From Schmidtea polychroa (taxonomy: Eukaryota), in assembly GCA_044892525.1 (NCBI GenBank), contig CM097885.1:207824001-207888000 (forward strand): a stretch of 64,000 nt of DNA, in the 5' to 3' direction. The position numbers and the translations under genes were made by a program. Of the stretch, positions 24,667 to 37,600 are shown piece by piece (position 1 is the first letter of the stretch; each line of letters opens with the position of its first letter). The notes beneath the pieces were generated by a model. It saw only the letters and a list, made by a program, of their open reading frames with translations, was not told where the DNA came from and made no database searches.

Positions 24667-25314
24667 TCAACAATCAGATGTTTCTGCTGGTGGCTGTTGG
24701 TGGGTTGGGACATTAATGTTACGGTAGGTTTGACTGTTAGCGGTTGATTGGCTGGTCTTGGTATTGGTCGTTCTGGGTCGGAACGTTGTTGGGATAAGGT
24801 TTGCCAGGATCACTTCTTGAGGGTTTTGGTGCGGGGCTTCTCTCGTCGATGTCGAGACTTGACATCTCTTTCGGACTTAGTAGATTTTCAGGAGTGTTAA
24901 TAGGCATAGGAGGATGGTTTCCGCGATCACCACATACAAGAGGAGATGTGTGTCGCCTGGTTCCGGGGATTTATCTGGTTCGAAATTTTCCTGCTGTATT
25001 TGTGATTCCAGCTGGTTCAAGTGATGGATCTGTTCTATCAGCACTTTATTTATCGTTTTACATATGGGATTATCTCGGCACATTATTCGGACATTGTTGA
25101 TATAGGCTCGGGTTGAGCGGATGTTGTCTACGATATTGATCTTTACTGAAATGGGGTATGCCCGTTTGGATGATTCGGATTCGGCTTTCGGGTTCTTTCT
25201 TCTGTGGTCTCGGATGTTATCTATCTGGGGATTGATCTGCGACTTACTCATCAGATTGTTGGTCAATATTATCAGTGTGATCATCCCTCCGCACCGCATT
25301 ATACTGTTATACAT
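24667..25314 (-). pseudogene. Predicted small type I membrane protein with an in-frame stop after the TM helix
   Basis: ORF 24877-25314 ends in hydrophobic LLLYVVIAETILLCLLTLLKIY*. The same frame stays open for 69 more codons (VRKRCQV...ETSDC*) to 24667. Confidence 0.55.
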
Positions 25315-25353
25315 CTATTATTTATTATATTTACAATTGGCTTTAAAGGGTTT

Positions 25354-26067
25354 TCAGTTAGATGGTTCTCTTTTGGGGTTATTTTCGGCGATTCTCATCA
25401 GGGTAGACTCTGCCTTAATGACCCTGTGTTTTAATTCGGGTAGCATTTCTAACTGCCTGTCTTTTTCACGTGCTTCCCTTTTCAAGTGTCTTATCTCTTT
25501 TTCTAGTTTTCTTATTTCTTCCCGTTTCCTGTCGAGATTTCTTTTTAATTCGATTTGTAGGAAATCTTGTTCTGGCTCCTGATGATTACCTCTTCGATGC
25601 TGCTGTTGCTGGTGCTTCATTTCTATTTCCTAATACTTACGGCTCCATTTCTTCATCTCTTCACTTTCTTGTTGTTTTTCCTTTAACTGTTGACTCAATT
25701 TGTTTATGGTTGCCTGGCGCTCTTTCGCCTCTGTTTTCCAGTAACCTTCGATTACTTGCTCCGCTTTGAAGCTTGCTCGTTCTTTCCATAATTCTTCCGC
25801 GATCTTTTCCCAATTTCTTCCTCGCTTTTGTTGTTCTTGCAGTCATTCGTTTCTCTCTTCCGCTTCTCTCTTTACTTCCTCTAGTACTTTGTACTCTTTC
25901 TTTAGTACCTTTATTATTTTCCGGTCTTCTATGCATTTGTTTGCCAGTCTCTCGTTTTCTCGTTTCTCTTCCAATAATTCTTCCTTTAGTATTTGTGCTT
26001 CTGTGGTTTCTATTTCAATTTCTCCTTCTACTTCAATCATGGGTTCTACTATCTCTTCAATCTTCAT
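25354..26067 (-). pseudogene. Coiled-coil (Smc-like) ORF broken by in-frame stops
   Basis: 25843-26067 and 25354-25620 are in one frame, with E/K/R-rich heptad sequence between them. Confidence 0.55.
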
Positions 26068-26235
26068 GTCTACAATATTTAAAATTAATAGTTGCGCTAC
26101 AATGCGGCTTATACTTACACATTTATATGCAATTTTATAATCAGGGTTACAGTCCCTTGAATATTTTTACTATACTTTTAAATTTTTTTTTCTGTTTGGG
26201 ATCTCAATTTTATATTTTTGTCTTTTTATTGGTTT

Positions 26236-27255
26236 CTATACGAAGGTTTCCTCTTGACCCACGTATCCCTCGTCGCTCTCGACCGATGACTGTAACTGGA
26301 TAGCAATTGGGTCGTATGGTATATTGTATCGAGGAATTTGAGCTCTCAGCTCATGAACTTCGTCTCTTAATGCTCTGGTTATATTCAGCTCTTCGTCGAG
26401 AAAATAGGTGAGGTATCTTGTCTCATCATCTTTCACCTCTATTTGCTTATCTAGTTCCTTTATCTTTTCATCGCTCTTCCATTTTTCGATCTCTATCTCC
26501 AAATTTTTGATGTTTTCATTATACATTTTTCATTCGTTCTCCAGCTTTTTATTTTTCCCCGCCAGTACCATATTTCTCTGTTCCAGAGCTCCTTTATATC
26601 CATTGTTGTCTCTTTCTAGTTCGGCGACTTTATTTACTAATTCCACGATCCATCCCGATTGCTGTAGGATCATCTCTTCCATTGCAGCGTTTTCGTGTTC
26701 TTTTATGGAGATTTTCATCGCCAAGTGCCATGTTTGACTGCGGCCGGCGATCTTTCTCAGTCGCTTTAATTCCTCCTTTTGGTCCAGATTTTCTTCCCAT
26801 TTACCTTGTTCGCTTTCATATTCTAGTCTCTGAGGCAATTCTCTCATTTCCTTTTTCATCTCTCTACTCTGTCGTTTCCATTTCCTGGCTTCTGCCAATA
26901 GTTGATTCATTTTCCTTTCTTCTCTTTGCTTTTCGGTTTCTCGTTTTTTATTTTCGTCGGTTAGTCTCTTCCTGGATTCTTGTAGTAATTGCCTTAGGTA
27001 GAGGCTATGTGATTCTTGTCGGGTATGTTCTAGTGACGCCCATTGCACTGCTCTTTTGCGCGTTTCCGCTTCCGTTCGTAAATTATCCACTATTCGTCGG
27101 TATTTATTATTCTCCCATTCCCTAGCCTCCTCGATGTGGTATCGGGTTAGGTTGGTTAATTGGAACATTACTTTGTCCCATTTCCTCTTGATTTCCCCAC
27201 TAATTCTGATTGCTGTTGGGCCCTCGTTGTTTGTGGTTATTCTTTCTTGTGTCAT
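26236..27255 (-). pseudogene. Coiled-coil ORF (~339 codons) with one in-frame stop
   Basis: 26530-27255 and 26236-26526 are contiguous in frame across a single TGA. E/K/R-rich. Confidence 0.6.
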
Positions 27256-27445
27256 TTCTAAATTATATACATTGTTAAATCTTTATTGTAGTAATAATTT
27301 TATTATTCAATTAATTTTTTTCATGGATTTTTCGCTTCATTTTTGGTTGTCGTATTTGAGGTTCCCATACCATTATTATATACTATTTGATTGGTTATAT
27401 ACACCGATATATACAAATTTATTATATACAACATTATTCCACTGG

Positions 27446-28210
27446 CTACTCTGTTCTGCCCTTCCCGTCTTTTCTTACTGTCATCTTTATATATATTGTA
27501 TCATTTCTTGCCATATCTTCTAACTTTCGTTGTAAAATGAACGTAGGTGCTCCCGTTGCTGCTCCTTCTTCCTCAGTAGGTCTCTGATAACATAGCTGGT
27601 TTCCCGTGGTTTTGAAGCTTTGTTCGTGTACGCTATGATCGTTCATTATTGTGATATCGATTTTTGCCTGAAACGGCCATTCTATTATCTCATCGTGTTC
27701 TCCCTTACATAATAGAAAAAATATCGAGAAGTGTGTCCCCAATCCGGTTCCGTCCCCGTTGGGATATCTTTATTTTCATTTTATATCCGTTCTTCCATGA
27801 ATGAAATGCGGGACTTGTTATTTTTGTATCTTCCCCAATTTTTGCTTTTCGTATCTTTTCTTTCACTCCCGTAATTTTCCATATGTAGGGTGCTGTTGGT
27901 ATTACCTCATTGAGATTTATTTCGCTTATCTTTTTATGTAGCACCTTGGCCTGATTATTACTGATTTCTATCCGATTTATTTGCATCTTTATGTTTGCTC
28001 GGGCTTTTTCAAAGGCTTCTCTTTCTTCTAACAGTTCTTTTACCAATGCTTTCAACAATGTTATTTCTATCTCCATTTGTTGAACTTTTTCTTCATTTTC
28101 TTGCAACGCAGTTGACCACATTTCTGCGTGAGTTGATACATTTTCTGTTAAATGGTGTGGCAATTCTCCTCGGTGTAGTAGTTTCTGACAGCCCCATTTA
28201 CCTAGTACAC
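27446..28210 (-). pseudogene. Intronless TRAF-like gene: zinc-finger remnant, coiled coil and MATH/TRAF-C domain; frameshifted and 5' truncated by Tc1
   Basis: C..GKWGC..LLHRGELPHH, YIWKI, SPAFHSWKNGYKM. Correcting a frameshift at ~27765 gives KIYPNGDGTGLGTHFSIFF, followed by GEHDEIIEWPF, RP, G.PTF and NDTIYIK. Confidence 0.88.
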
Positions 28211-28213
28211 ATA

Positions 28214-29500
28214 TACTGCCCGACACTATTTTTAGCACAGTAAGAAATTTCGTTACAAAATCATGAATAATGTAATAAATGAAATAAATTTTGTATGATT
28301 GTAATTAATATAGTAATACTTTTAATAATTATCACTACTTAGACATATATTTATTTTTGTTTAAATAATATTTGAATTCTTAGGTTTTTTAAAAATTAAA
28401 ATACGACACAATTTTTAGCACACTTTAAAGATTTTTAAGTATTAATAATTTTAACCTATTTTTTTATACTACTTTATATGATTTTAATGTTTATAATAAT
28501 TTTAGAATTGATTATGAGATCTCCAGATTTAAAGAAAGTTTCTATAAAGATGAAACAGGAAGGTAACAGTTATGGTGCAATTGGCACCATTTTGGGCATG
28601 TCTAGATGTGCTGTTAAGAATTTAGTCACCTACAAATATGTCGAAACAGAAGAAAAATAAGTAAAGCAGACGCGTTATCCATCAAAAGAGAAACTGCACG
28701 GATAACGAGAGCACAGGAAAAAGTTAATACGCCCAAGATCAAGAGAAATTGTGGGCTACCTGTATCAACAAGGACAGTACAAAGGTATATGCAGCTTTCT
28801 GGTATGAAATACGCAAAAAGTTATCACGAAATCATCCTATCTAAGAAACACAAGGAAGAAAGAATGAAAGTGATAACAGAATGGATTTCGACCAATCACA
28901 TTTAGGAGAATATTATATTCTCAGACGAAAAAAGGTTCACACTTGATGGACCAGATTGTTGGATGACATATATTCCGAAAACATCAAAATATGTGCGTAA
29001 TATTCGGCAATGTCATGGAGGTGGAATTATGGTCTGGCTGATGATCCTTCCTAACGGACTTCTATCTTTCCACATGATAACTGGCAAATTTAAGTCGACC
29101 GATTACATTACCCTGTTGAAGACCTTTGCTGTGCCAATAATGAAAGTTAACCTAAAGAGGAATTTTTACTTCCAGCAAGATAATTGTACAGTACACAAAG
29201 CACGGATTGTCCTAGATTATCTGAAATCAAGTAATATATCAACGATTACATGGCCGTCACGAAGTCCAGACTTGAACATAGTTGAGGATGTCTGGAAGAT
29301 GATTTCAGATATGGTTTATGACGGACCGCAGTTCTTAAACATAGCTGTTTTAGAAAAAAAAATTACGGATGTCATATCTCTTATCAACTGTACCAGGCGA
29401 CATAAAATTTTGGATTTCAATGCATCAATAAGATTGAGACTGTAAAGTTCTGAGTAATCACGGAAATTTGTATAATTGTTAAGTATTAGTGTGTATAAAA
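28214..29500 (+). mobile_element. Tc1-family (DD34E) transposon, degenerate; right TIR not found
   Basis: Left end TA|TACTGCCCGACAC. HTH at 28514, FSDEKRF at ~28920, GGGIMVW, FQQDN and WPSRSPDLNIVE. Confidence 0.9.
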
Positions 29501-30636
29501 AAATTAAAAATCACTTGGTGCATAATAATCTAGTTTTTTAGTGGTTATTAAATATTGTCATAAGCACAGTTAAAAACAGAACATATAATAGAGGCGTATC
29601 CTAATTTTTTTATTCATAAGGTAAGTAAACAATCAAAATATTTAAATAATCTGGAATTATGAAAAAAATTGGATTGATAAAATGTGTCTTTAATTATTTG
29701 AAATTAATAGTTCATTTGTTTAGATTTTCCTTTAGATGAGAAACAAACATTGTCGGGTCAGAAAGCTCAAATGAAATAACTAAATATATGATAGGTTAGA
29801 TTCATTGAAATAACGTTATTTATTGATAAATCTTTTATAAGAAAAAATTATTCCAGCACTTAGCTTGAAAAAAGAATTTAACAAAAATAAGTCGAAACTC
29901 AATAATTAAACATAAAATTTAACGATAAAAAGATTTTGGATACATTGAAATAAAATTTTAAATTAAAATATTTAGATATTTTATAGCAAATTATTTTTTT
30001 AAATTGATATACATAAAAATCATAAGCAATTATTAATTAAATTAAAACACATACTTAAAATTACTTGCAATTTACATATCTATTCATTCAACATCATTTT
30101 TTGTGATTGACAGATATTCTAGGCCATATTTAAAATTAAATGTTTAAAATTACAAATATTTAAACAATTTAATTTGCACCTAAAGATATTATTCATATAA
30201 TTTATTAAATTCAGAATATGTTTGTCCACCATTAAACATTAAACTTTTCAGATTTATAGTATTCATTTGTATCGTTACATTATTTCTATAATCTGGTTAA
30301 TATTTATGTTTTTGGAATATTTTTGAATGCTTTCGTCAAATTCTAATGTAAATCCATAAAACTAAACATAAGATAAATATCATATTATTTTGATAATAGC
30401 CATGTTATTAGACGCTTGTCTACAATGCAAGTTTTTCGTGGTTTTTAATTCTCTTAGATTTTTCAAGGCCGTGAATTTTTTTTGACTTTTTTGCGTTGTT
30501 TGAGTTAAAGTCTTTTATTTTCGTAAAAATGTTTAAATTACGTTCCAAATGTTCATTGATTAAAATTTGATCGTTTTTCGTTTATTTAAATTTTAAGATG
30601 TGTGTCACTAATTTAAAATGGAAAATGGTGGACTAT

Positions 30637-31837
30637 TGTTGGGTCGTACTGAGAACCGGGTCGCTGAAATATGTGGAGGAAAAACGAGGTTATCCATTGG
30701 CAGACAACCACATGATTATTGAAAAATAACCCTCTGTATACCCATGGACGGCTGTGGGTTTTGCGGGGCTTTGGGAAAATATTATATGTTGGGGTTCAGT
30801 AGGAACCGGAATTAAAGGTATTAGGAAAGCTTTTGAATTAAATAAAAATTAATTATTAATAGTATTAAATAAATACCAAAAATAGAATTAAAATGACTAA
30901 GTTAGGATTTAATTATAAATAGTAATAAACAATTACTATATTTAGATTATTAACAAAAATAGTATTTAAATTAAAATAAGTAGTAATAATAGTAATTAAA
31001 TAATTACCATTAATAGAAGAGATTAAATAAAAATAATATAAATACGTTGTAAATTTTAGTTTAAGGGACAATCATTAGGTAGACACAAAAGGTTAATTAG
31101 ATAAGAAGTAAAATCTTAGTGTAGATAAAATTTGGTCAAGCTAGTTAAAACCATCCGAATCATTGAATAGATTTAATAGCCAAGAACAATCGTGATAGAT
31201 CGATAAATTAATCTCGAGTTGTCAACATACGATATCACTTTAATATTTACATTTAATTAAGTGGAATTCATTAATAACAATCGATTGTTGACCGAAAAAA
31301 TTCGATAAATATTTCATTTGGAATTCTTATTTTAATCTCTGAGAAAATAAGAGCTAGGATTTAACCATTTTCTACGGATAAACAATTAGTTAGTTTTATT
31401 TATATTATTTTTGCTTAACACAGTAAATTTTGGGGAACAAATGTCAGTACGCCTTTTGTACTGTTTCGTTTATTTGAAAATATCAAGTCTTATCCATTTC
31501 TGGGATTAAGACTATCGCGGTTAAATTTTGGGAATAACCCTCATCTTGACTTTGACACTTATATCGGGCTGTTGGCGCATTTAGGCCCAGCCTTGATTCT
31601 TTAAAATAATCTTAGGACGGTTTGTATAACCGATATCTATCCTTCATCTAGTTATTTTTTTGGGGATTATTTGTTTATCAATTTTTGTGGTTAATACATA
31701 TTTAGTTTTAATAAAAATGTAAATCATATTGTTATTTATTTATTTATTTAATATCAAAATATTCACGCTCAACCTTTCATATAATTTGTGGAGTCAAACC
31801 TTTTTGTGTTAGATCGAATACCGCATCGAACCTAACA
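30637..31837 (+). repeat. Solo-LTR-like element (TGTTGGGT...ACCTAACA), same family as 5693-6525
   Basis: 7/8 terminal inverted repeat, A-rich block, shared internal blocks (ACTATCGCG...CCCAGCCTTGA...ATAACCGAT) and 3' hairpin. No clean TSD. Confidence 0.55.
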
Positions 31838-32007
31838 TATATGCGGGGCATTTTTCCAAAAAGAAAGAATTGATACATGAACATAATTTTATCAATTTCT
31901 TTAATGAAATATTTATTTCTTCATTATATTCAATAATATACAGTCATAAACATAATATTTTTTATTATTATTTCGTACTAACTCTCCCTAGCTTATAATA
32001 GTTAGAA

Positions 32008-32170
32008 ATAGCATTCGTAAGGCCTGGAAGTATCGTGTATAGTGATTGTTTGGCTTTTTACGGAAATTTAGAAGATTTCGGATATGAGCATTTTAAGGGT
32101 AATCATTGTGAATATTTTGTTTATCGTGAAAATGAGTGTACTACAAATTATCAAAAATTTTTATGTGTAT
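32008..32170 (+). mobile_element. Merlin/IS1016 (ISXO2-like) transposase remnant
   Basis: VRPGSIVYSDCLAFYGNLEDFGYEHFKGNHCEYFV matches the Merlin pattern PGS.I.SD...Y..L...GY.H..VNHS..FV. Confidence 0.75.
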
Positions 32171-32589
32171 AGCGGGGCAAAGGTGAACTATGAAATATCT
32201 TTAAAAAGGGGCTCGCTCTTTTTTCCTCTTGTGATTCGTATGAACTAGTACCCTAGTAATGTGTCACCCATAGTAATGTGTCAGTACGACTGTGTTGGAA
32301 AGCCTCCAGAACACGTCACGCGCTTCGTTCTTTATCGTGAATATTCGAGTTATTGTACATTCAAGTTCAAAAAATTAAGTTGCGCGACGTGATATTCCAA
32401 ATTTAATCGTCATTGCTTGATGGCCATGACTTCGTCGCTTTACAAATGTATGTAATGAAAATGATTTCAAGGTAATATATTTTCTTTCTGAAAAATAGTT
32501 ACAAAGAAGAACAAGGGGTTCGCAAATCATTGAATAATTCAACAAAGGGCTCGCGCGAGCCCCCGCGAAACTCCTATAGCTCACCACTG

Positions 32590-32905
32590 TAGCGGGGAAA
32601 CTAAACTGAATAAGTGTCGAGTTATGTATTCTGTTGTGCAGTTCTGCTTCGTGTTGACCTAATATAAGGCATGCGCTTGGTCCTGAATCAGCGTGAGTTG
32701 AGCATGACTCTGTTCGATGGGACTATCGTGATAATGTTTGAGTCAGTGTACTTTCTCTATGCTTTCCTTCATCTGGACAGGGGTGGACTAGATTTCTTTC
32801 AGCCTGTCGACTTTGGTCTCTAGAAGGCTGATTTTGTCTTGCAATGTCCAGATAACTTCATTTTTATTTGAATAAGAGAAACAGGGTTTTAATAGGTTTC
32901 TTGTC
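32590..32905 (-). pseudogene. Orphan-family copy 5, degenerate N-terminal part
   Basis: PCFSYSNKNEVIWTLQDKISLLETKVDRLKEI*STPVQMKE..., preceded by a TTCTTTATAG acceptor. Confidence 0.75.
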
Positions 32906-33543
32906 TGAGTTATGTTATGCTATAAAGAAACAAGATAAAAGTAAAACATAGAATGAAATGATAGTTCATCGTAATTAAAATTAAAGGTTTATTCTCGGGG
33001 AGAGAATAATGTGATTTTATGTCTTGAGTGGAACAACCAAGCCAAATCACGATGGCAAATGTTATTTATTTATTTAGATTGTTAGACTGTCCATAGTATT
33101 CGAGTTGCTGACAATATTAATATTAATTGAAAATTTGCTATTAATAATTAGATTCATTTGAGCTCGGACTGTAGTTGTCCTAGAAGCATTAATTGGTATA
33201 AGCATAGTAATAACGATTGACAAAACTAATAAGGCTACCGGAAATATCAGCAAAAATAGGATTCCTTGGAAGGATAATGATCCCATTAAGTTGCAAATGA
33301 TGTTAATGATAATAAAGGGATTAATTTATTGAAAGTTTTCCTGGGGACCATATCATTAATATTAACATCACTAATAATAATCTCATAATTCGTTGGCCTA
33401 ATAACAACTGGACTATAATAATGAAAAAATAATGCTAATGTTCGGGTTCATAATGAGAACAATAATAGTAAGAGTTGTATGGAGATGGTGATACTCATGA
33501 TATTAGTAAAAACAATAAGGATAATATAAATAATAATCGTAAG

Positions 33544-33693
33544 NNNNNNNNNNNNNNNNNNNNNNNNNNNNNNNNNNNNNNNNNNNNNNNNNNNNNNNNN
33601 NNNNNNNNNNNNNNNNNNNNNNNNNNNNNNNNNNNNNNNNNNNNNNNNNNNNNNNNNNNNNNNNNNNNNNNNNNNNNNNNNNNNNNNNNNNNN
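33544..33693. other. Assembly gap (others at 36107-36339, 49181-49321, 59515-59657)
   Basis: N runs. Confidence 1.
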
Positions 33694-34641
33694 TGACGGT
33701 GATTTCATGAAGTGTTGAAGTGGAATTTATATCCATTATCAAATGGTCCGTGAATAAAAATTTTTATCTAAAACTAAATTTATTCGTAATAAAATGAGGT
33801 GATAAGCATTGTGCATTGCAAATAAGTCGATTTCATGTTTTTCTGTGCTTCACTTTCATCATCCTTTCCCTTGTCGCTTCTCATCCTATATCTCCGAAAT
33901 TTGAACTACGGGTTAGGGGAAGAAAAACCTTTCTTATGAGCCTAAAAACTCTGGTTTCGTGATGATAGTAGCGACGCTATTAATAAGTTACAAGTGACGA
34001 TGATCGTACAGGTTGAATATGAACAATTAGATTAAATTTAAACGGATTATCTCGCTGGGTAATCAGCTTTAGGGCCTCTCAATGTTTTGGATGAAGTGAA
34101 TTTGAGGGGTTTTTAAAGACAATTTTAGAGATAGTGGTATGTTAGAGATTTGCAGTATTTAAAATAATTTTAAAGTTATCAATAGGCTCGCTATGTCTTT
34201 CTATAGTAGATAGGCCTGTTAAAGCGATTTGGTTGCCAAAATTTTATTTGAAAAACCGTGTTTACTTTCCTAGTTGTGGTCTGAAGTTTGAGAGTTTATA
34301 TCCACGCTTTGCAGGTTTACCAATCGTGTGATTCAGTGGTCCAAAAAATAGAATATTTCCAAAGTCGATAAATAAATATTTGAAATTGTAGTTGAATTAA
34401 TCGAAATTAACTTTCAGCAATTGGTAAGATATAAACTTTGGAAAATTTGAAAATAAAGGCGTTTTACAAAAATTTTAAAAGTAGTAAAAAGTGGTGAATT
34501 TCCTGTTGAGACGTAGGCTTATATAATATTTTGTCAACTGATTCAACTAATCAGAATTGATCAAACATATCTTTTGATCATTTTTAATATCTTAATTTTT
34601 GTTTCAAATTCCAATTAATTTGGTTGGCTGTTTTTATTTTT

Positions 34642-35008
34642 GGTACTTCCTTGTTATCTTACCCCCAAAAATTAAATTATAAAATACAATTAAAATAACA
34701 ATACAAAAAATGAGAGGATACATTATTGATGACGTTATTGAACATTATTGAACATGAATTTATTAAGACTATCTGTGATTTATGTGATTATGTGAGTTTA
34801 TGTGGCGCAAACGTGTTCTAAGCAACAGTGCCGATGTGTTCGACACTATTCTCAACGACATTGTGATTTTCTGGCCACCTGGATGACCATTTACAAACTC
34901 TTTACAAACATTTGCTGAGTTTGTAACTGTGATTTAGAAAATAAATATAATAGTTATATGTGTTCTTTTTTAATTTAATTTTTGGGGGTAAGATAACACG
35001 GAAGTACC
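34642..35008. mobile_element. Merlin-like MITE, copy A
   Basis: ~38-bp TIRs starting GGTACTTCC with 8-bp TSD TTATTTTT. Inverted near-identical copy at 53678-54044. Confidence 0.85.
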
Positions 35009-37393
35009 TTATTTTTTGTTTTAATTCTTTGTTTTTTTAATTTTTCTTATTTTTCTGACGGGTTGAATGATTGTCTTTTCATATCAATTTTTCCCTTTGG
35101 GTAGGATGATATTAGTACTTCTTTTCGTCTATTTCCTTTGTGTTTTTGTGCGTTGAAATGTGTTACTTGTGTAACTGCTTGCTCTCTACGTTGAGACAGT
35201 CGACATCACTGACAGCGCATTACGTATGACGGTTTGTATAATGCAAAAAATTTCCAGAAAATAATCTATTATGAATTTTTGAATGTTTTTTAATTATTTA
35301 TTCTAATTTACTTAAAACGAATTGAATATAGTTTAATTATAAATATTAACCTCACCCAATCTTTCTACAACAACACAATTCTTTTTTCCAGGTCAACATC
35401 GAGACAATGTTTAAACATAATACAATAAATATCATTCTATTTAAAATAGTGAGTAATATATAATAATATAAATAAATCACTATCTAATATTGTGAAATAA
35501 TTTATTAACTATTCGAATTGGAAAGCAACTGGTGAAAATTCGTGTTGAGAAAAACAATGAATAATATTTTCGAAGAATTTGTCATATATTGACATTGAGT
35601 CATCCGGATTTCTAGAGAGTGCGAATTCACACGAAACAAATCATTGCTTAAGGCAGGAGAGTGGGAATTCATTGTCGCAATCAATTTCCATTGAGAATGA
35701 CAGCATTCGATTGTGTCCGGAATCTATGGAAATTCCGTAAAGAAAAATCGAAAACTCTAATAGAATGAGAATCGCATTTTATAAAACTGACTCATTGGCG
35801 CGCAGATTATTCACCCTATTCTCTCGGTGGCGCGATTCTAGCATGCAGTGCACTGCATGTTTTGCACGGCCGTTTATTATCAACCAAATGTTGTTCAATT
35901 TGCTGTTTATTATTTTATGTTGGTCAATAATTGCACAAACTTTCGATTTGTTAAAAACTGTTAATCATTTACCACATGCCATCTCAGACTTACCGCAAAA
36001 TCTCTAAAACAAACAACTCGATGGCACCGCAATGTGTGTTTTTCTAACGCAAAATTATCGAAAATCACTAACTAGAAGATCAGTTTAATGGAAAAGAATT
36101 ATAATANNNNNNNNNNNNNNNNNNNNNNNNNNNNNNNNNNNNNNNNNNNNNNNNNNNNNNNNNNNNNNNNNNNNNNNNNNNNNNNNNNNNNNNNNNNNNN
36201 NNNNNNNNNNNNNNNNNNNNNNNNNNNNNNNNNNNNNNNNNNNNNNNNNNNNNNNNNNNNNNNNNNNNNNNNNNNNNNNNNNNNNNNNNNNNNNNNNNNN
36301 NNNNNNNNNNNNNNNNNNNNNNNNNNNNNNNNNNNNNNNACAATTGAAATTTTTGAAATATTTATAACTGAAATTATCTTTTCCTAATATTAATTGACTT
36401 CAGTTTTTAAAAAATTCATCAACAATAAACTGAATATTCATAAAATTCAAAATGGTAATTTACAAACCGAAATCATAGTAAAATGAAAATGCGTTCAAAA
36501 TATTTTAAGAACAAACAAATTAATATTTTATTTTATTACGATATAAATTCTCTATTTTATAAGTTTTCAGATGAAGTAAGTAAATGATGGTGACCTTAGG
36601 ACGAAAACCACTTAAATCAACTAAGATCTTTTACTTAGAACACAATTGTTATTGAGTCAAAATTCAAAGCTATCTGCCATACCGTAAATTTATGGTAAAT
36701 TTGAGTGACAATACAGTATGCCCCTGGTAAGCGCGGTTTCAAAGAAATGACAGGTAAATTATAAAGTGATTAAACTTGCATTGTCCTGGGCCTAATGCAA
36801 TTTTATGATCAACATGCTTTATTTATGAAAGGTGTAAAATTAAATTTTATTAAAATTTATTGTTACAAAATTTTGATAACCAGTATTTTATTCAATATTT
36901 AAACTTACCAAAATGTCACAGAAAAAATTTTGGAAATTTTTGTTTAAAAAATAGATTTAGAACAGAGGAATGGGAAGAATTAAGTAAACAGTCTTCAGCA
37001 AAACCTAGCCAAATTCGCAGAGGTGGTTACCCAAATGGATTAAATTCGGATTAAACACGAGTCAAGATGATTAGCCGACCCAGATTTACTATTAGCAAGC
37101 TACTTTTAGAATAGAATATAATGAGATCAGAAAATTGATATTTTAAAATATTTAAGAAAAGGATACCTAATAAATTTCATTATTCCACTACATATTTGTA
37201 TTATAATTACTTAGGAATATTATAATAAAACATACTAGCAGTCAGACATCCATACAGATTAGCTGCCACCACTGCCATTATACAAGTTGATTATTATTGA
37301 AAAACAATCTAAAAGATTTAGAACGTCTTGTACTATATAGATACCGCATTATATGTTACCCAGCCAACCGAGTATAATATAAAGTATTATATA

Positions 37394-37398
<5 letters not shown>

Positions 37399-37469
<71 letters not shown>
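37399..37469. repeat. (TA)n microsatellite
   Basis: Uninterrupted TA run. Confidence 0.95.
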
Positions 37470-37474
<5 letters not shown>

Positions 37475-37600
37475 AGATAAATTATCATAAACAAAATGAA
37501 ACAAATAGATGATCAGAAATCAAAATTAAAATCAACAGTTATTATAAAGATGATAATTATCAGATTCAAACAAATCCAAGTTGGTATCACGAACTTCACA

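Noticed and set aside
25121-27523. Long plus-strand ORFs opposite the coiled-coil genes
   Set aside because: Antisense shadows of purine-rich coding sequence (F/L/S-rich).
33448-33742. ORFs spanning N runs (also 36080-36387 and 59489-59754)
   Set aside because: Artefacts of assembly gaps.
36583-36610. TGATGGTGACCTTAGGACGAAAA, resembling a decayed Penelope hammerhead
   Set aside because: The CUGA core is missing and no stem I or III could be built.
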